Shown here: positions 17,460 through 27,127 of the stretch, piece by piece
How the letters are laid out: the number at the start of each line of letters is the position of its first letter
How positions within the stretch are numbered: the stretch's first letter is position 1
Virus record (IMG/VR): IMGVR_UViG_3300033120_001068
Span: 1 to 64,000 of that record
Length of the DNA: 64,000 nt
Strand: one strand, 5' to 3'
Source: a virus
Lineage: Duplodnaviria > Caudoviricetes
Position numbers and translations under genes: made by a program
The notes under the pieces: generated by a model
Databases searched by the model: none
Told to the model about the DNA's origin: nothing
Seen by the model: the letters and a program-made list of their open reading frames with translations, nothing else

Positions 17460-19031
17460 ATGAAAATACAAGATAATAAATTCAATTTCTTTGTCCCTGC
17501 TCAATTTGAGAAAAGTGGTAGTAAGGACAAAATGAAAATAAAAGGAGTATGTTCTACAGGAGATGAGGATTTTGATGGTGAATTTTTAGATCCAGATGGT
17601 TTTGATTTTTCTCCTCTTCTTGCTAGTGGTTATTTCAATTGGAACCACCAAGGGTCAAAAGATCCAGGAGCCATCATAGGAAGGCCTACAATGGCAAAAG
17701 TTTTACCTAAAAAGCAATTTTATGTAGAAGGATTTCTTTATTCAGGAGTGAAGGCAGCAAGAGATATCTATGATTTAGCAAAATCCTTGGAAGAGGAAGA
17801 TCCTGAAAGAAATATAGGCTTCTCAATTGAAGGAACAGTTGTACAGAGAGATCCAGTAAATCCTAAGAAAGTAAGGAAAGCAATTATAACAGGTATTGCT
17901 TTGACTCATTGTCCTAAAAACTCAAATACTTTGCTATCAATTGTTAAAGGTACTTATAATGAATCTTTCATAGGAGAAACAGAAGATAATAAGTCTTTAG
18001 TTGATGGATGGTGTAATTGGAGTAATGGAAGGGATTTAAATAGAGATAATGTAATAACTTTTCTTCAAGAAAATTTTACAGAACTTGACCCTAATGATGA
18101 TTTTGTATCTAAGTTAATGTTAGATGTAGGAAAATCAATGTCAACTGCTAATATCCCTATGCAAGAATCAGTTGAAGGAGATCCATATAGAAAACAAAAA
18201 AAGTTACTAAAAAGTAATGTTTATTCACAAATAATTAGTAAATTTAATTTCGAGAATGAAAAAGAGTCTAAAATAGAAGATATCTTTTCATTTATTGAAG
18301 AAACAGCCTTAAAATTATTTTCAATGAAAACTATAACCCAAGAAGTTTTAAATAAATCTTTTTCAATTCTAGAAGAATCAATTAAATTGGAAAAAGGTAA
18401 AAATGATTCTCCTTTAGATAAAACTGATGAAGTTCCTGAGGAAAAAGAACTTGAGGAAGAAGAAGATAAGAAAAAATCCAAATCTAAGGAAGAAGAAGTT
18501 CCTGAGGAAGAAGAACCTGAAAAAGAAGTTGTAGAAAAAAGTAAAGACTCATTTGATTTTAGTAAACTGGCAACAGGATTTTCTGATTTACTTCAAAAAT
18601 CTTATGATGAAAACTTTAAAGTTGTAGAAAATTTAGGAGAACAAATTTCTGATAGATTTGAAGCAATTGGTGATTTACTTCAAAAATCTTATGATGAAAG
18701 TTCTTTATTGAGGCAAGAAATTGCATCTTTACAAGAACAAGTTTTAAAAGTTGGAAATACTCCATATCCAAAAAAATCAATTACTAACCTTAGAGGAGTT
18801 GAAAGATTTGAAAAGTCTCAAGATTCACAAGGTAACCAATATTCACTTTCAATTCCTCAGCACCGTAACTACATAAAAGAACAATTGTTTGAAGAATTCC
18901 AAAAATCAATGGTTCTTGGAAAACCAAACCAATTGATTGAAAAGTCAATTATGGACTTAGAAATTGCTAAATCATTGCCTACAGAAATACTTCCTTTTCT
19001 ATCAAGTAGAGGAATTGATGTTATAAATTGA
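17460..19031 (+). CDS. prohead protease with C-terminal scaffold region
   Basis: EDFDGE, FNWNH and IGFSIEG protease motifs; acidic coiled-coil C-half with many K|S sites; directly upstream of the capsid gene. Confidence 0.88.
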   Translation: MKIQDNKFNFFVPAQFEKSGSKDKMKIKGVCSTGDEDFDGEFLDPDGFDFSPLLASGYFNWNHQGSKDPGAIIGRPTMAKVLPKKQFYVEGFLYSGVKAARDIYDLAKSLEEEDPERNIGFSIEGTVVQRDPVNPKKVRKAIITGIALTHCPKNSNTLLSIVKGTYNESFIGETEDNKSLVDGWCNWSNGRDLNRDNVITFLQENFTELDPNDDFVSKLMLDVGKSMSTANIPMQESVEGDPYRKQKKLLKSNVYSQIISKFNFENEKESKIEDIFSFIEETALKLFSMKTITQEVLNKSFSILEESIKLEKGKNDSPLDKTDEVPEEKELEEEEDKKKSKSKEEEVPEEEEPEKEVVEKSKDSFDFSKLATGFSDLLQKSYDENFKVVENLGEQISDRFEAIGDLLQKSYDESSLLRQEIASLQEQVLKVGNTPYPKKSITNLRGVERFEKSQDSQGNQYSLSIPQHRNYIKEQLFEEFQKSMVLGKPNQLIEKSIMDLEIAKSLPTEILPFLSSRGIDVIN

Positions 19032-19085
19032 TAATTGCTATTTAAAAATCGAAAATCGTGAAGAAAAAAAATAAAGAAAATTAAC

Positions 19086-20561
19086 ATGATAACGTTAAAC
19101 GATTACAACGTCGAAGCAGGTTTTCTTGGAGGTTCTGCAGAAGGGTCACTTGAATTACAGAAAGCAATGCAAGCCGGCCAGATAACTGGTAGAGACACAA
19201 CTGGTCAGATGCTGACTCAAGAGCCTTTAAAGGCTGAATCTTTGGAAACTACTCTTAAACTATTAGAGTTTAGAACAAAGGATGTAAAATTATGGAATGC
19301 CATTCCAAAACTTACTGCTTATAATACAGTAGAAGAGTTCTTGCAACTTTCAAGTTATGGTACACAAAGAGGAGGATTTTATAATGAAGGGGAACTTTCT
19401 GATGTAGAGGATTCTCAATACATTCGTAGATCTGAGAAAGTAAAATATATGCAGGTGACTGGAGAAGTTACAATGCAGGCTCAGATGGTTCGTAGTTTTG
19501 TAGATGCAATGAGAAAAGAAACTGAGAACAAGATGATGTGGATTCTTAGACTTGTTAATACTTCATTGACAAAAGCAGATGAAGATATAGTTCCTCAGGA
19601 ATTTAACTCACTTTACAAACAACATGCTTCTATTGGAGTTACACAAGAATTCTTGTATGCAACTTTTGAAGAATACTACAACTCAACTTCTGTTATTGAC
19701 CTTAGAGGTGCTACATTGACTCAAGATGATGTTGAAACTTCTTCTGTTAATATAGATGCTAACTATGGTTCACCAGACACTTTATTTGCTCCTACAACTG
19801 TAATTTCAGCACTTGCAAAAGATTACTACCAAGACCAAAGAATCTTGATGGATGGTAGAGGATTTGAAGGTACACTTGGAGTTGTTCCAAAAGCAATTTC
19901 AACTACACTTGGTGATATTGCTTTAATGTCTGATAAATTCATGAAAGCAGATCCTTCAAAATTACTTTCTACTCCTGCAACCTCAGTAAAAGCACCAACA
20001 GCACCTGCAAGTGTTACAGTTGCTTTAGCATTAGATGGTTTATCAAAATATAAAACTGGAGAACTTGGAGATGTCTTTTATGCAGTAAGTACACTTAACC
20101 GTAATGGTGAGTCAAATTTGACTGTCTACACAACTCCAGTTACTCTTGCAGCAGGATACAGAGCAGACATTACACCAATTTTAGGAACAGGCCCTAACAG
20201 TCCTTCTGGTTATGTTGTTTATAGAACAAAAGTAACTCTTGCATCTACTCCAACAGGATTGGAATTTTTTCCAATCTTCAAAGTAAGTTTAGCACAAGTT
20301 AACTCAGGCTATAATGGTTCAAGTTCTGGTGCTATTGGGGATAGAGGTTATTTCTTGCCTGATACAGAACAATGCTTCCAAACTCAAATGGATGAAGAAG
20401 TTTTAAGTTTCAAACAATTGGCTCCAATGTCTAAACTTGATTTAGCAGTATTGTCAATGAGTAGAAGATTTATCACTTTCTTATTTGGAACTCCTCAATT
20501 ATATACTCCTAAGAAATTTGTTAGGTTTATAAATGTAGGAAAGGTTTACAAAAAATCTTAA
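19086..20561 (+). CDS. major capsid protein
   Basis: PLKAESLETTLK and EEFLQLSSYG...GGFYNEGEL resemble Herelleviridae-type capsid; predicted maturation site LQK26|A27; followed by a strong terminator. Confidence 0.92.
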   Translation: MITLNDYNVEAGFLGGSAEGSLELQKAMQAGQITGRDTTGQMLTQEPLKAESLETTLKLLEFRTKDVKLWNAIPKLTAYNTVEEFLQLSSYGTQRGGFYNEGELSDVEDSQYIRRSEKVKYMQVTGEVTMQAQMVRSFVDAMRKETENKMMWILRLVNTSLTKADEDIVPQEFNSLYKQHASIGVTQEFLYATFEEYYNSTSVIDLRGATLTQDDVETSSVNIDANYGSPDTLFAPTTVISALAKDYYQDQRILMDGRGFEGTLGVVPKAISTTLGDIALMSDKFMKADPSKLLSTPATSVKAPTAPASVTVALALDGLSKYKTGELGDVFYAVSTLNRNGESNLTVYTTPVTLAAGYRADITPILGTGPNSPSGYVVYRTKVTLASTPTGLEFFPIFKVSLAQVNSGYNGSSSGAIGDRGYFLPDTEQCFQTQMDEEVLSFKQLAPMSKLDLAVLSMSRRFITFLFGTPQLYTPKKFVRFINVGKVYKKS

Positions 20562-20580
20562 GACTTAGAATAACATAAAG

Positions 20581-20610
20581 AAAAAGAGGAACGTTTGTTC
20601 CTCTTTTTTT
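20581..20610 (+). terminator. intrinsic terminator after the capsid gene
   Basis: AAAAAGAGGAAC-GTTT-GTTCCTCTTTTTTT perfect hairpin with U-tract. Confidence 0.9.
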
Positions 20611-20641
20611 ATTATATTTAACTTACTTAAAGAATTGAAAA

Positions 20642-21088
20642 ATGATAGAGCAAGAACAAGTTACAGTTAGCACAACTGAAAAAGGAAATTATAGAAATGG
20701 TAGACAAGTAACTTTGCCTATCTTAGGTTTCTTCTTTATTCCTTCATGTGGAACTTTTAAAGTTGAGAAAAATTTAGGAGAAAAATTTGTTGAAACAGTT
20801 GAAGGATTTGAGATAAGAGAACCAATTGCTCCTCAAACAACAGAAGGAGGAGAAGTTTTAGAAAAGAAAAAAAATGATAAAGGTCAAATTTTACCTCAAA
20901 CAACAGAAGAAGGATTAAAACTATCAGAAGGAGAAGAAGTTAGTTTGAGTGAATTAGAGGTTATTGAGTCATTGAGTGGTCTAACTGTCCCTGAATTGCA
21001 AGTAATGGCTGAGCCTTTTACAGAGAAGGAATGGAAGAATTTAAAAAAACAAGACTTAATTAATTATTTAGCTACTAAACTAAAATAA
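20642..21088 (+). CDS. hypothetical protein with C-terminal Rho-N/HeH-like helical domain
   Basis: LSGLTVPELQVMAE...KKQDLINYL; internal PQTTE repeat. Confidence 0.6.
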   Translation: MIEQEQVTVSTTEKGNYRNGRQVTLPILGFFFIPSCGTFKVEKNLGEKFVETVEGFEIREPIAPQTTEGGEVLEKKKNDKGQILPQTTEEGLKLSEGEEVSLSELEVIESLSGLTVPELQVMAEPFTEKEWKNLKKQDLINYLATKLK

Positions 21089-21093
21089 GATAT

Positions 21094-21960
21094 ATGGGTC
21101 AATTAATTTTACTTGCCCCTTTTGAGCAAAAGTTAAATACTGTCTTTTCGGTACAAGACTTGAAAGAAAGATATTTACCTGGAATTCCTTTGCCTGAGTC
21201 AGTTACAGAATCAAGTTTATCTTTCTTTATAGATAGTGCTATTTCTGAATTGGAAAATTTTCTTACTTTAAAGATACCAAAACAGATAGTTCATGAAAAT
21301 AAAGATTTTTATAGAGATGACTGGGTCAACTGGAATTATCTTAGAGTAACTTATCCAGTAGTTTGTCCAATTTCATTAGAAGGATATTTAGGTACAACAA
21401 GACAAATAACTTACCCTAGGGAATGGATGAGTACAAGGAAGACAAGTGATGGTAAGTTGTTCCACAGGTCTATTAATATGGTACCTACAAGAAACTCAAC
21501 CACAACTGAGGCATTAATTTACTCAGGAGTTATGCCTAATTCCCATTATACTGCTTCTAAAACTATTCCAAATTATTGGAGCATTAAATATGTGACTGGT
21601 TGGGATGTCCCTCCCCCTGAACTTTTAGATGTAATTGGAATGATGACTTCAATAAAAGTCTTGCAAATAATTTCAGATGCCTTAATGTCAGGAAGTTTAA
21701 GAAAAGTTGTCAATCAGGATGGTCAAGATACATTAGCTCCTAATGGTACTTCATTTGGCGGAGTTGGTTTTGGTTTGTCTTCTAAATCTATTTCAATAGA
21801 TGGTTTATCACAATCTTATTCTACTTATGTTAATGGTCAGACAGGAGTGTGGGGAGCAAGATTAAAACAATATGCAGAAATTTTAGATGTTACAAAGCCT
21901 AATACTTTATTAAATAGACTTTATGATACTTATACTGCTTTAACTATGGGAGTTGCTTAA
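21094..21960 (+). CDS. head-tail connector / neck protein
   Basis: Position after capsid; YVTGWDVPPPELLDVIG and SISIDGLSQS motifs. Confidence 0.65.
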   Translation: MGQLILLAPFEQKLNTVFSVQDLKERYLPGIPLPESVTESSLSFFIDSAISELENFLTLKIPKQIVHENKDFYRDDWVNWNYLRVTYPVVCPISLEGYLGTTRQITYPREWMSTRKTSDGKLFHRSINMVPTRNSTTTEALIYSGVMPNSHYTASKTIPNYWSIKYVTGWDVPPPELLDVIGMMTSIKVLQIISDALMSGSLRKVVNQDGQDTLAPNGTSFGGVGFGLSSKSISIDGLSQSYSTYVNGQTGVWGARLKQYAEILDVTKPNTLLNRLYDTYTALTMGVA

Positions 21961-21962
21961 TT

Positions 21963-22532
21963 ATGTACTCAGTTTCTGAAATAATAGAATTAAAAAAACA
22001 AAGGATTTCAAATTCTTTTGAAAAAGGGAAGAAACAAGTTCAAGTTAACCGTAATGGTAAGATCTATTATCAATTAAGAGAAGAAGGTAAAAAAGAAGAA
22101 GAATCAGAAGGCAAAAAACACTTAAAACAAATTTCTTCTTTTACCACTGGAAAGCAACAAGAATTCTATAAATGGCAACTTGATAATTCAAAAGTTACTC
22201 CAATTTCAAGAAGTAAAGACTTAGGTGTTAAGATTGGTAGACCTGAGTTGAAAGAATGTTATAAGAATGCAGCTAAGTGTTGCTTTATAAATGAAGGAGT
22301 TAATTATGTGGAAGGGTATGCAATGTTTATGGGGATACCAATTGAACATGCTTGGTGTGAGAAAGATGGTAAATATTTTGACCCTACAGTTGATGGGGTT
22401 TTAGATAGTTCATTTGACGAATATTTAGCAGTTGTAGAATTAACTCCTGATGAAATTTTAGAATATCAAAGAAAGACGGGAATGTATGGACCATATTTAA
22501 GTGAAGTTTTTAAAGACAAAAATAATGAGTGA
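21963..22532 (+). CDS. putative capsid-cargo protein, leader plus module C plus transglutaminase/papain-like Cys-His-Asp domain
   Basis: RISNSFEK|G; KKQVQVNRNGKIYYQ; ECYKNA, YVEG, IEHAW and FDPT. Confidence 0.7.
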   Translation: MYSVSEIIELKKQRISNSFEKGKKQVQVNRNGKIYYQLREEGKKEEESEGKKHLKQISSFTTGKQQEFYKWQLDNSKVTPISRSKDLGVKIGRPELKECYKNAAKCCFINEGVNYVEGYAMFMGIPIEHAWCEKDGKYFDPTVDGVLDSSFDEYLAVVELTPDEILEYQRKTGMYGPYLSEVFKDKNNE

Positions 22533-23286
22533 ATATACTATTCTTCCACCAAGAGCTGATTTTGAGAAAAATGACTTTGAAAACCTTCTTTATCAAAAAG
22601 GGAGAGAAGTAATTCATGAAAAAGCATTAGTCTGTCCTTGTAAAAGTGAATCTACAAACCATTTATCAAACTGCAATAATTGTGGAGGGTCAGGATGGGT
22701 TTTTATAAACCCTAAGCAAACAAGAATGCTTATCACCAATGTCTCTGTAACCAATGATTATAAGCCTTGGTCAGAAGAAGCAAGAGGAACTATCAATGTA
22801 ACCTCTCAGGTTAAAGATACAGTATCATTTATGGACAGAATTACTTTGATTGACGGGGAAAGTATTCATAACGAAGTTTTAACATTCAACTTAATTGAAG
22901 GGAAACTTGTTTCTTTTTCAGCCTATCCAATAAAGCATATTTTAGTTAGTTGTTTATTTATTTCCTCAGATGAAGGGTTGCAAGACCTTCCTATTGAATT
23001 ATTTACATCTGGACCAAGAAATAAAGTACAAATAAGCACAGATATCCTTCCTGCTGATGTTTCTCAGATAATGGTTTCTATTAAATATTATTTTTCTCCC
23101 TCTTATTGTATAATTGAGTTTAAAAGGGAAACAATGCAAAGTTATAAGTATCAAGAAGGGTTTGAGTTAAATCAAAGTTTACCAGTGGCTTCCTTAGCAA
23201 GAAGAACTCATTATGAGTTGAGACCAGTTGAAAATGTAACTATTGATAATGTTTTAAAAGAAAATAAAATTTCTAATAAATGTTAG
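22525..23286 (+). CDS. virion neck/head-closure protein
   Basis: Probable start MSEYTI at 22525; CPC...CNNCGGSGW Zn motif; neck position. Confidence 0.6.
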   Translation: MSEYTILPPRADFEKNDFENLLYQKGREVIHEKALVCPCKSESTNHLSNCNNCGGSGWVFINPKQTRMLITNVSVTNDYKPWSEEARGTINVTSQVKDTVSFMDRITLIDGESIHNEVLTFNLIEGKLVSFSAYPIKHILVSCLFISSDEGLQDLPIELFTSGPRNKVQISTDILPADVSQIMVSIKYYFSPSYCIIEFKRETMQSYKYQEGFELNQSLPVASLARRTHYELRPVENVTIDNVLKENKISNKC

Positions 23287-24080
23287 TCCCAATTGAGATA
23301 AATTCACAAGATATAGTTGACCAATTTACTTCTGTAACTCATGGTGATTTAGAAACTATGTTTGACAATATAGCAAAAGGATTAGCATTAAGTTATCTTG
23401 GTCAACTTGAAGCAATGGTTTCTCAGGAATTGAAAACAACAAGAAGGAGATATTTACAAAGTTTAAGACTTGTTGATGAAGGCAGGATGGTAGGGACAGT
23501 AATGCTTGATTTCTCACAAGATTCTTTAATTCAGATGATTGAAAGAGGGGGAAGTGCTTTTGACATGAAAGAAGGAATTCTTAGATCTTCAAAAGTTAAA
23601 GTAACAAAAGCAGGAAATAAATACTTAACAATTCCTTTTAGATGGGCTACTCCTTCTGCACTTGGAGAAAGTGATTTATTTACAGGAAGAATGCCTAATT
23701 CAGTTTATAAGGTTGCAAAGAAGTTAGATTCAGCAACACCAAGTGGGAATTCTTCAGGCATTCAAGACTCAATGTTAACACCAAAAAGACAGACATTAGG
23801 AGTTAGGAAAGAGGTTACAGATGGTGCAGGAAAAGTTTATGCTGAATATTCTCATAAAAGTTCTATTTATCAAGGCATAAGAAAAGAAACTGACTCAGCA
23901 ACAGGACAAAGTACTTATAATTCTTTTAGAAGAGTTTCTGAACTCTCTGACCCTAATTCTTTCATTCACCCCGGTATAAAAGAAAGGAACTTTATGAATA
24001 GAACATTTGAAAATATGAGTTTAGACAGTGAAGTTTCCAGTTTATTAGATTTAGAATTAGAAAAATTAGGGTTAATATGA
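23280..24080 (+). CDS. neck / tail completion protein
   Basis: Synteny; YLTIPFRW and FRRVSELSDPNSFIHPG motifs. Confidence 0.6.
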   Translation: MLVPIEINSQDIVDQFTSVTHGDLETMFDNIAKGLALSYLGQLEAMVSQELKTTRRRYLQSLRLVDEGRMVGTVMLDFSQDSLIQMIERGGSAFDMKEGILRSSKVKVTKAGNKYLTIPFRWATPSALGESDLFTGRMPNSVYKVAKKLDSATPSGNSSGIQDSMLTPKRQTLGVRKEVTDGAGKVYAEYSHKSSIYQGIRKETDSATGQSTYNSFRRVSELSDPNSFIHPGIKERNFMNRTFENMSLDSEVSSLLDLELEKLGLI

Positions 24081-24787
24081 GAAAATTATTACTTGTTCCA
24101 GAATTTATAATTCACAATGGAATAGAGGCAGTGAAGGAACAAATAAGGATTTCTTTGTTAGACACCTCAACTCCTGAAACTTTAAAATACTTATACAGAC
24201 TAACAGATGGTTTAGTTTTTCAAAAATATAATTTTTATGAACAAGCAAAGTCTATCTTTTTAAAAGACAAAGGGAATCCAAAGTACCTTCATGTTAGTTT
24301 AGGGTTTGATGTGGATAGACATACTCCTCCTCATGTTCATATAACATTAGCAGGAGACCAAAGTCATACCAACTCAGTTGCAGTTGGGGAAGGAAATGAA
24401 TCTCCTTTCTTTGATGACTCTTATTTGGATGATGAAATAGTCAGTACAACAGTTCAGAATGTATTTAATAGAAGATATAAAGGAACTTATGATGTCGTTA
24501 TTACAACAGACAACAGTAATGAAGGAGTTATGCTATCACATATAATGAGAGGAATCTTGACTTCTTTAATTCCATCTTTTTCAATTGCAGGATTAGAAAA
24601 TCTTTCTATTTCAATGCAAGATCTAAATCCTTACACTGAGTTAGTCCCTAAAGGCATTTTTGTAAGAGTTATAAGAATTTCATTGGAATATGAATCTTCA
24701 ACTTTACAATTGGATAAACAAATTATTTTTCCTTGGAAACCAATAGAATTGGAAGGAATTCCAAAAGAAGAAGAAGAAAAAGAATAA
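24077..24787 (+). CDS. tail terminator-like protein
   Basis: Immediately upstream of the sheath gene. Confidence 0.5.
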   Translation: MRKLLLVPEFIIHNGIEAVKEQIRISLLDTSTPETLKYLYRLTDGLVFQKYNFYEQAKSIFLKDKGNPKYLHVSLGFDVDRHTPPHVHITLAGDQSHTNSVAVGEGNESPFFDDSYLDDEIVSTTVQNVFNRRYKGTYDVVITTDNSNEGVMLSHIMRGILTSLIPSFSIAGLENLSISMQDLNPYTELVPKGIFVRVIRISLEYESSTLQLDKQIIFPWKPIELEGIPKEEEEKE

Positions 24788-24838
24788 TATTAACTAAAAT
24801 AGAAGAAAAATTATTATTTTTAAGATAATAAAACGAAT

Positions 24839-26509
24839 ATGGCAACAGCAATTATAGTTGGAGGTAAAAGGGTTATCAGACCTGGTGTATATTCAGAAAT
24901 TAAGTCTGGTATTCAAAACCCTCCTGTAGAACTTTCTTATGGTAATGTGGTTATAGTTGACAATGGTTCTTTAGGGAATGGTTGGGCAGCAGGGTCAGGC
25001 ATTAATGGAGAACACTCAGAAGGAAAAAATTCTATTTATGAATTTACAAGATTAGACGATTTTAAGTCACATATTAAAGGTGGACTTTTATGGTTGTTAT
25101 CAGAAGCCTTATTTTTACCAGGAGGTAGTGGTAGAGGAATTTCTGGTTGTTCCAAGTTGTATTATGTAAAAGCAGCAACCACAACTTCATCAGAAGTAGA
25201 GTTTGTTTTAGAAAATGGTTCTTTTACTATTCAACCATTAGATGAGGGTACAGGAGCAAATGGTGTCTTAACATCTGGAAACTTATCAAAAGGGTATGCA
25301 ATAAAATTAGTAAAAGGAAAGAAAGATCCTTCAAAGTATAAACTTGAATTTTATTTAGGTACTTATAAAGGAGATGATATAGAAAATTCTTACAAACCAT
25401 TAGATGGAATTTCTCCTGAAAAAGCAATTCCAAGAAATGTATTAAGTTCCCCTGAATTTTCTTATATTTCCCAACTTGTAAACTGGATGGAAACTGACTA
25501 TACTTTTTTGAGTTGGTTTAAACTTAAAAATGGTGCTTCTTATGAAAGTGGAGGTTTAGGATTAATTAACTTAACAGGAGGAGAAATAAAACCTGGTGAC
25601 TTAACTTCTTATCCTGACTTCAATCTTGCAGTAGGTGGTACTGAAAATTATGGTTCTATTGATTTTGATACAGTTCTTCCTTTCTTGAAAGATCTTGATA
25701 ATTCTTTTTATATCTCAACTGATTCTGGAGCTAATGGTAACAGTGTTGAGAATGGTAAGTTGTTAGACTTGTGTAAAAATGGTAAGTTTGAAAGATTCTT
25801 ATACATTGCAGGAGGTTCTAATAAAACTGAATTTAAAGGAAGTTCTCTAAGTCAGTCAGAAGGGTTGGTGAAAGAATTAAACTCAGATATTGCAACTGTT
25901 GTCCATGGTGGAGTTTTAAAAAGTAGAAGAGGGTTGCCAGTAATAAGGCAATACAATTCAATGTATAAAACTTTCTTGATTTGTGGAAGAGAAGCAGGGT
26001 TACCTCCACAAGTTCCTTTAACTTTTAAATGGTTAGATATAGATGGTGAAACTCAACTACTTTCAGAGGAAGATCAAGAATTTTGCTTAGATAATGGTAT
26101 AATGTACTCCTACTATGATACTGAGTTAAGTAGAATAGTTTGTGGTCAAGGAATAAACACTTTACAAGAAAATTCAAATTTAGTAAACCCTGATTCTACT
26201 TCTTTCTCAAAAGCATTAAAAAGAATCTGTTCTCAATTGAATAAAGAAATAATTTTCAACTGTAAAAGGGATTTATTTGCAACTGAGCAAGGACCAAATA
26301 GAAATACTATTTCTGAAATTGATATTAAAACCTGGTTAGATGGATTCTTATCTACAAAAATTGCAACTTCAAAACAAGACAATTTAATTTTAAGATTTTC
26401 AAATATAAATGTAGAAACTACTCAAGATAATTACCATATTACTTATGAGTTTGTCCCTAATTTTGAAGTATCAAAAGCATTATTTACTGGATTTATCCTT
26501 GAAAAATAA
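24839..26509 (+). CDS. contractile tail sheath protein
   Basis: N-terminal GGKRVIRPGVYS; C-terminal GINTLQ...ICSQL sheath-like motifs; 556 aa. Confidence 0.9.
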   Translation: MATAIIVGGKRVIRPGVYSEIKSGIQNPPVELSYGNVVIVDNGSLGNGWAAGSGINGEHSEGKNSIYEFTRLDDFKSHIKGGLLWLLSEALFLPGGSGRGISGCSKLYYVKAATTTSSEVEFVLENGSFTIQPLDEGTGANGVLTSGNLSKGYAIKLVKGKKDPSKYKLEFYLGTYKGDDIENSYKPLDGISPEKAIPRNVLSSPEFSYISQLVNWMETDYTFLSWFKLKNGASYESGGLGLINLTGGEIKPGDLTSYPDFNLAVGGTENYGSIDFDTVLPFLKDLDNSFYISTDSGANGNSVENGKLLDLCKNGKFERFLYIAGGSNKTEFKGSSLSQSEGLVKELNSDIATVVHGGVLKSRRGLPVIRQYNSMYKTFLICGREAGLPPQVPLTFKWLDIDGETQLLSEEDQEFCLDNGIMYSYYDTELSRIVCGQGINTLQENSNLVNPDSTSFSKALKRICSQLNKEIIFNCKRDLFATEQGPNRNTISEIDIKTWLDGFLSTKIATSKQDNLILRFSNINVETTQDNYHITYEFVPNFEVSKALFTGFILEK

Positions 26510-26514
26510 ACAAA

Positions 26515-27027
26515 ATGAGTGAAAAAGTACTTACAGGAGCCATTGCCTTGATTAAAAGTAAAGGTAAGGTTATAGGCAGGATGAAATCTGTTAGAATTCA
26601 AGAACAAATAAGAAGACAACCAGTTAGAGGAATTGGTACTATTCTTCCTTCTGAACAAGCAGCAACTGAGTGGGATGGAACTTTAAGTTGTGAATTTATG
26701 GAAATTAAATTTACAGGAGAAAATGCAACTGGAATTCCACAAGGAATAAGAAGAAAATTTTCCTCAGCAGGTTCTCAAGTTTTTCAAGGTCTTGAATCTT
26801 TTGAAGACCAGATAGTACTGGATAGTGATATTGGAGTACAGGTTGATATTTACAAAAAAGTTAGAGATGTTATTAATCCTGATGGAACTATAATTCCAAA
26901 AGCAGTTCCTCATGCAATAGTAAAACGTTGCTTGATTGAATCTGACTCTCTTGATATTTCAGAAGGTTCAATTGCTGGTCACTCACAATCCTTCAAGTAC
27001 TTAGATCCAATATTAGAAACTCCATAA
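26515..27027 (+). CDS. tail tube protein
   Basis: Follows sheath; VRGIGTILPSEQ...GTLS motif; followed by a terminator. Confidence 0.85.
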   Translation: MSEKVLTGAIALIKSKGKVIGRMKSVRIQEQIRRQPVRGIGTILPSEQAATEWDGTLSCEFMEIKFTGENATGIPQGIRRKFSSAGSQVFQGLESFEDQIVLDSDIGVQVDIYKKVRDVINPDGTIIPKAVPHAIVKRCLIESDSLDISEGSIAGHSQSFKYLDPILETP

Positions 27028-27051
27028 GAAATAATAAAACATTAGATAATT

Positions 27052-27087
27052 AAAGGCCACTTGTTTAAAAGGTGGCCTTTTGTTTTT
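27052..27087 (+). terminator. intrinsic terminator after the tube gene
   Basis: AAAGGCCAC / GTGGCCTTT hairpin followed by TGTTTTT. Confidence 0.85.
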
Positions 27088-27127
27088 ACAATAAAAAACT
27101 TTAACTTTAAAAATATAAACAAGAACC

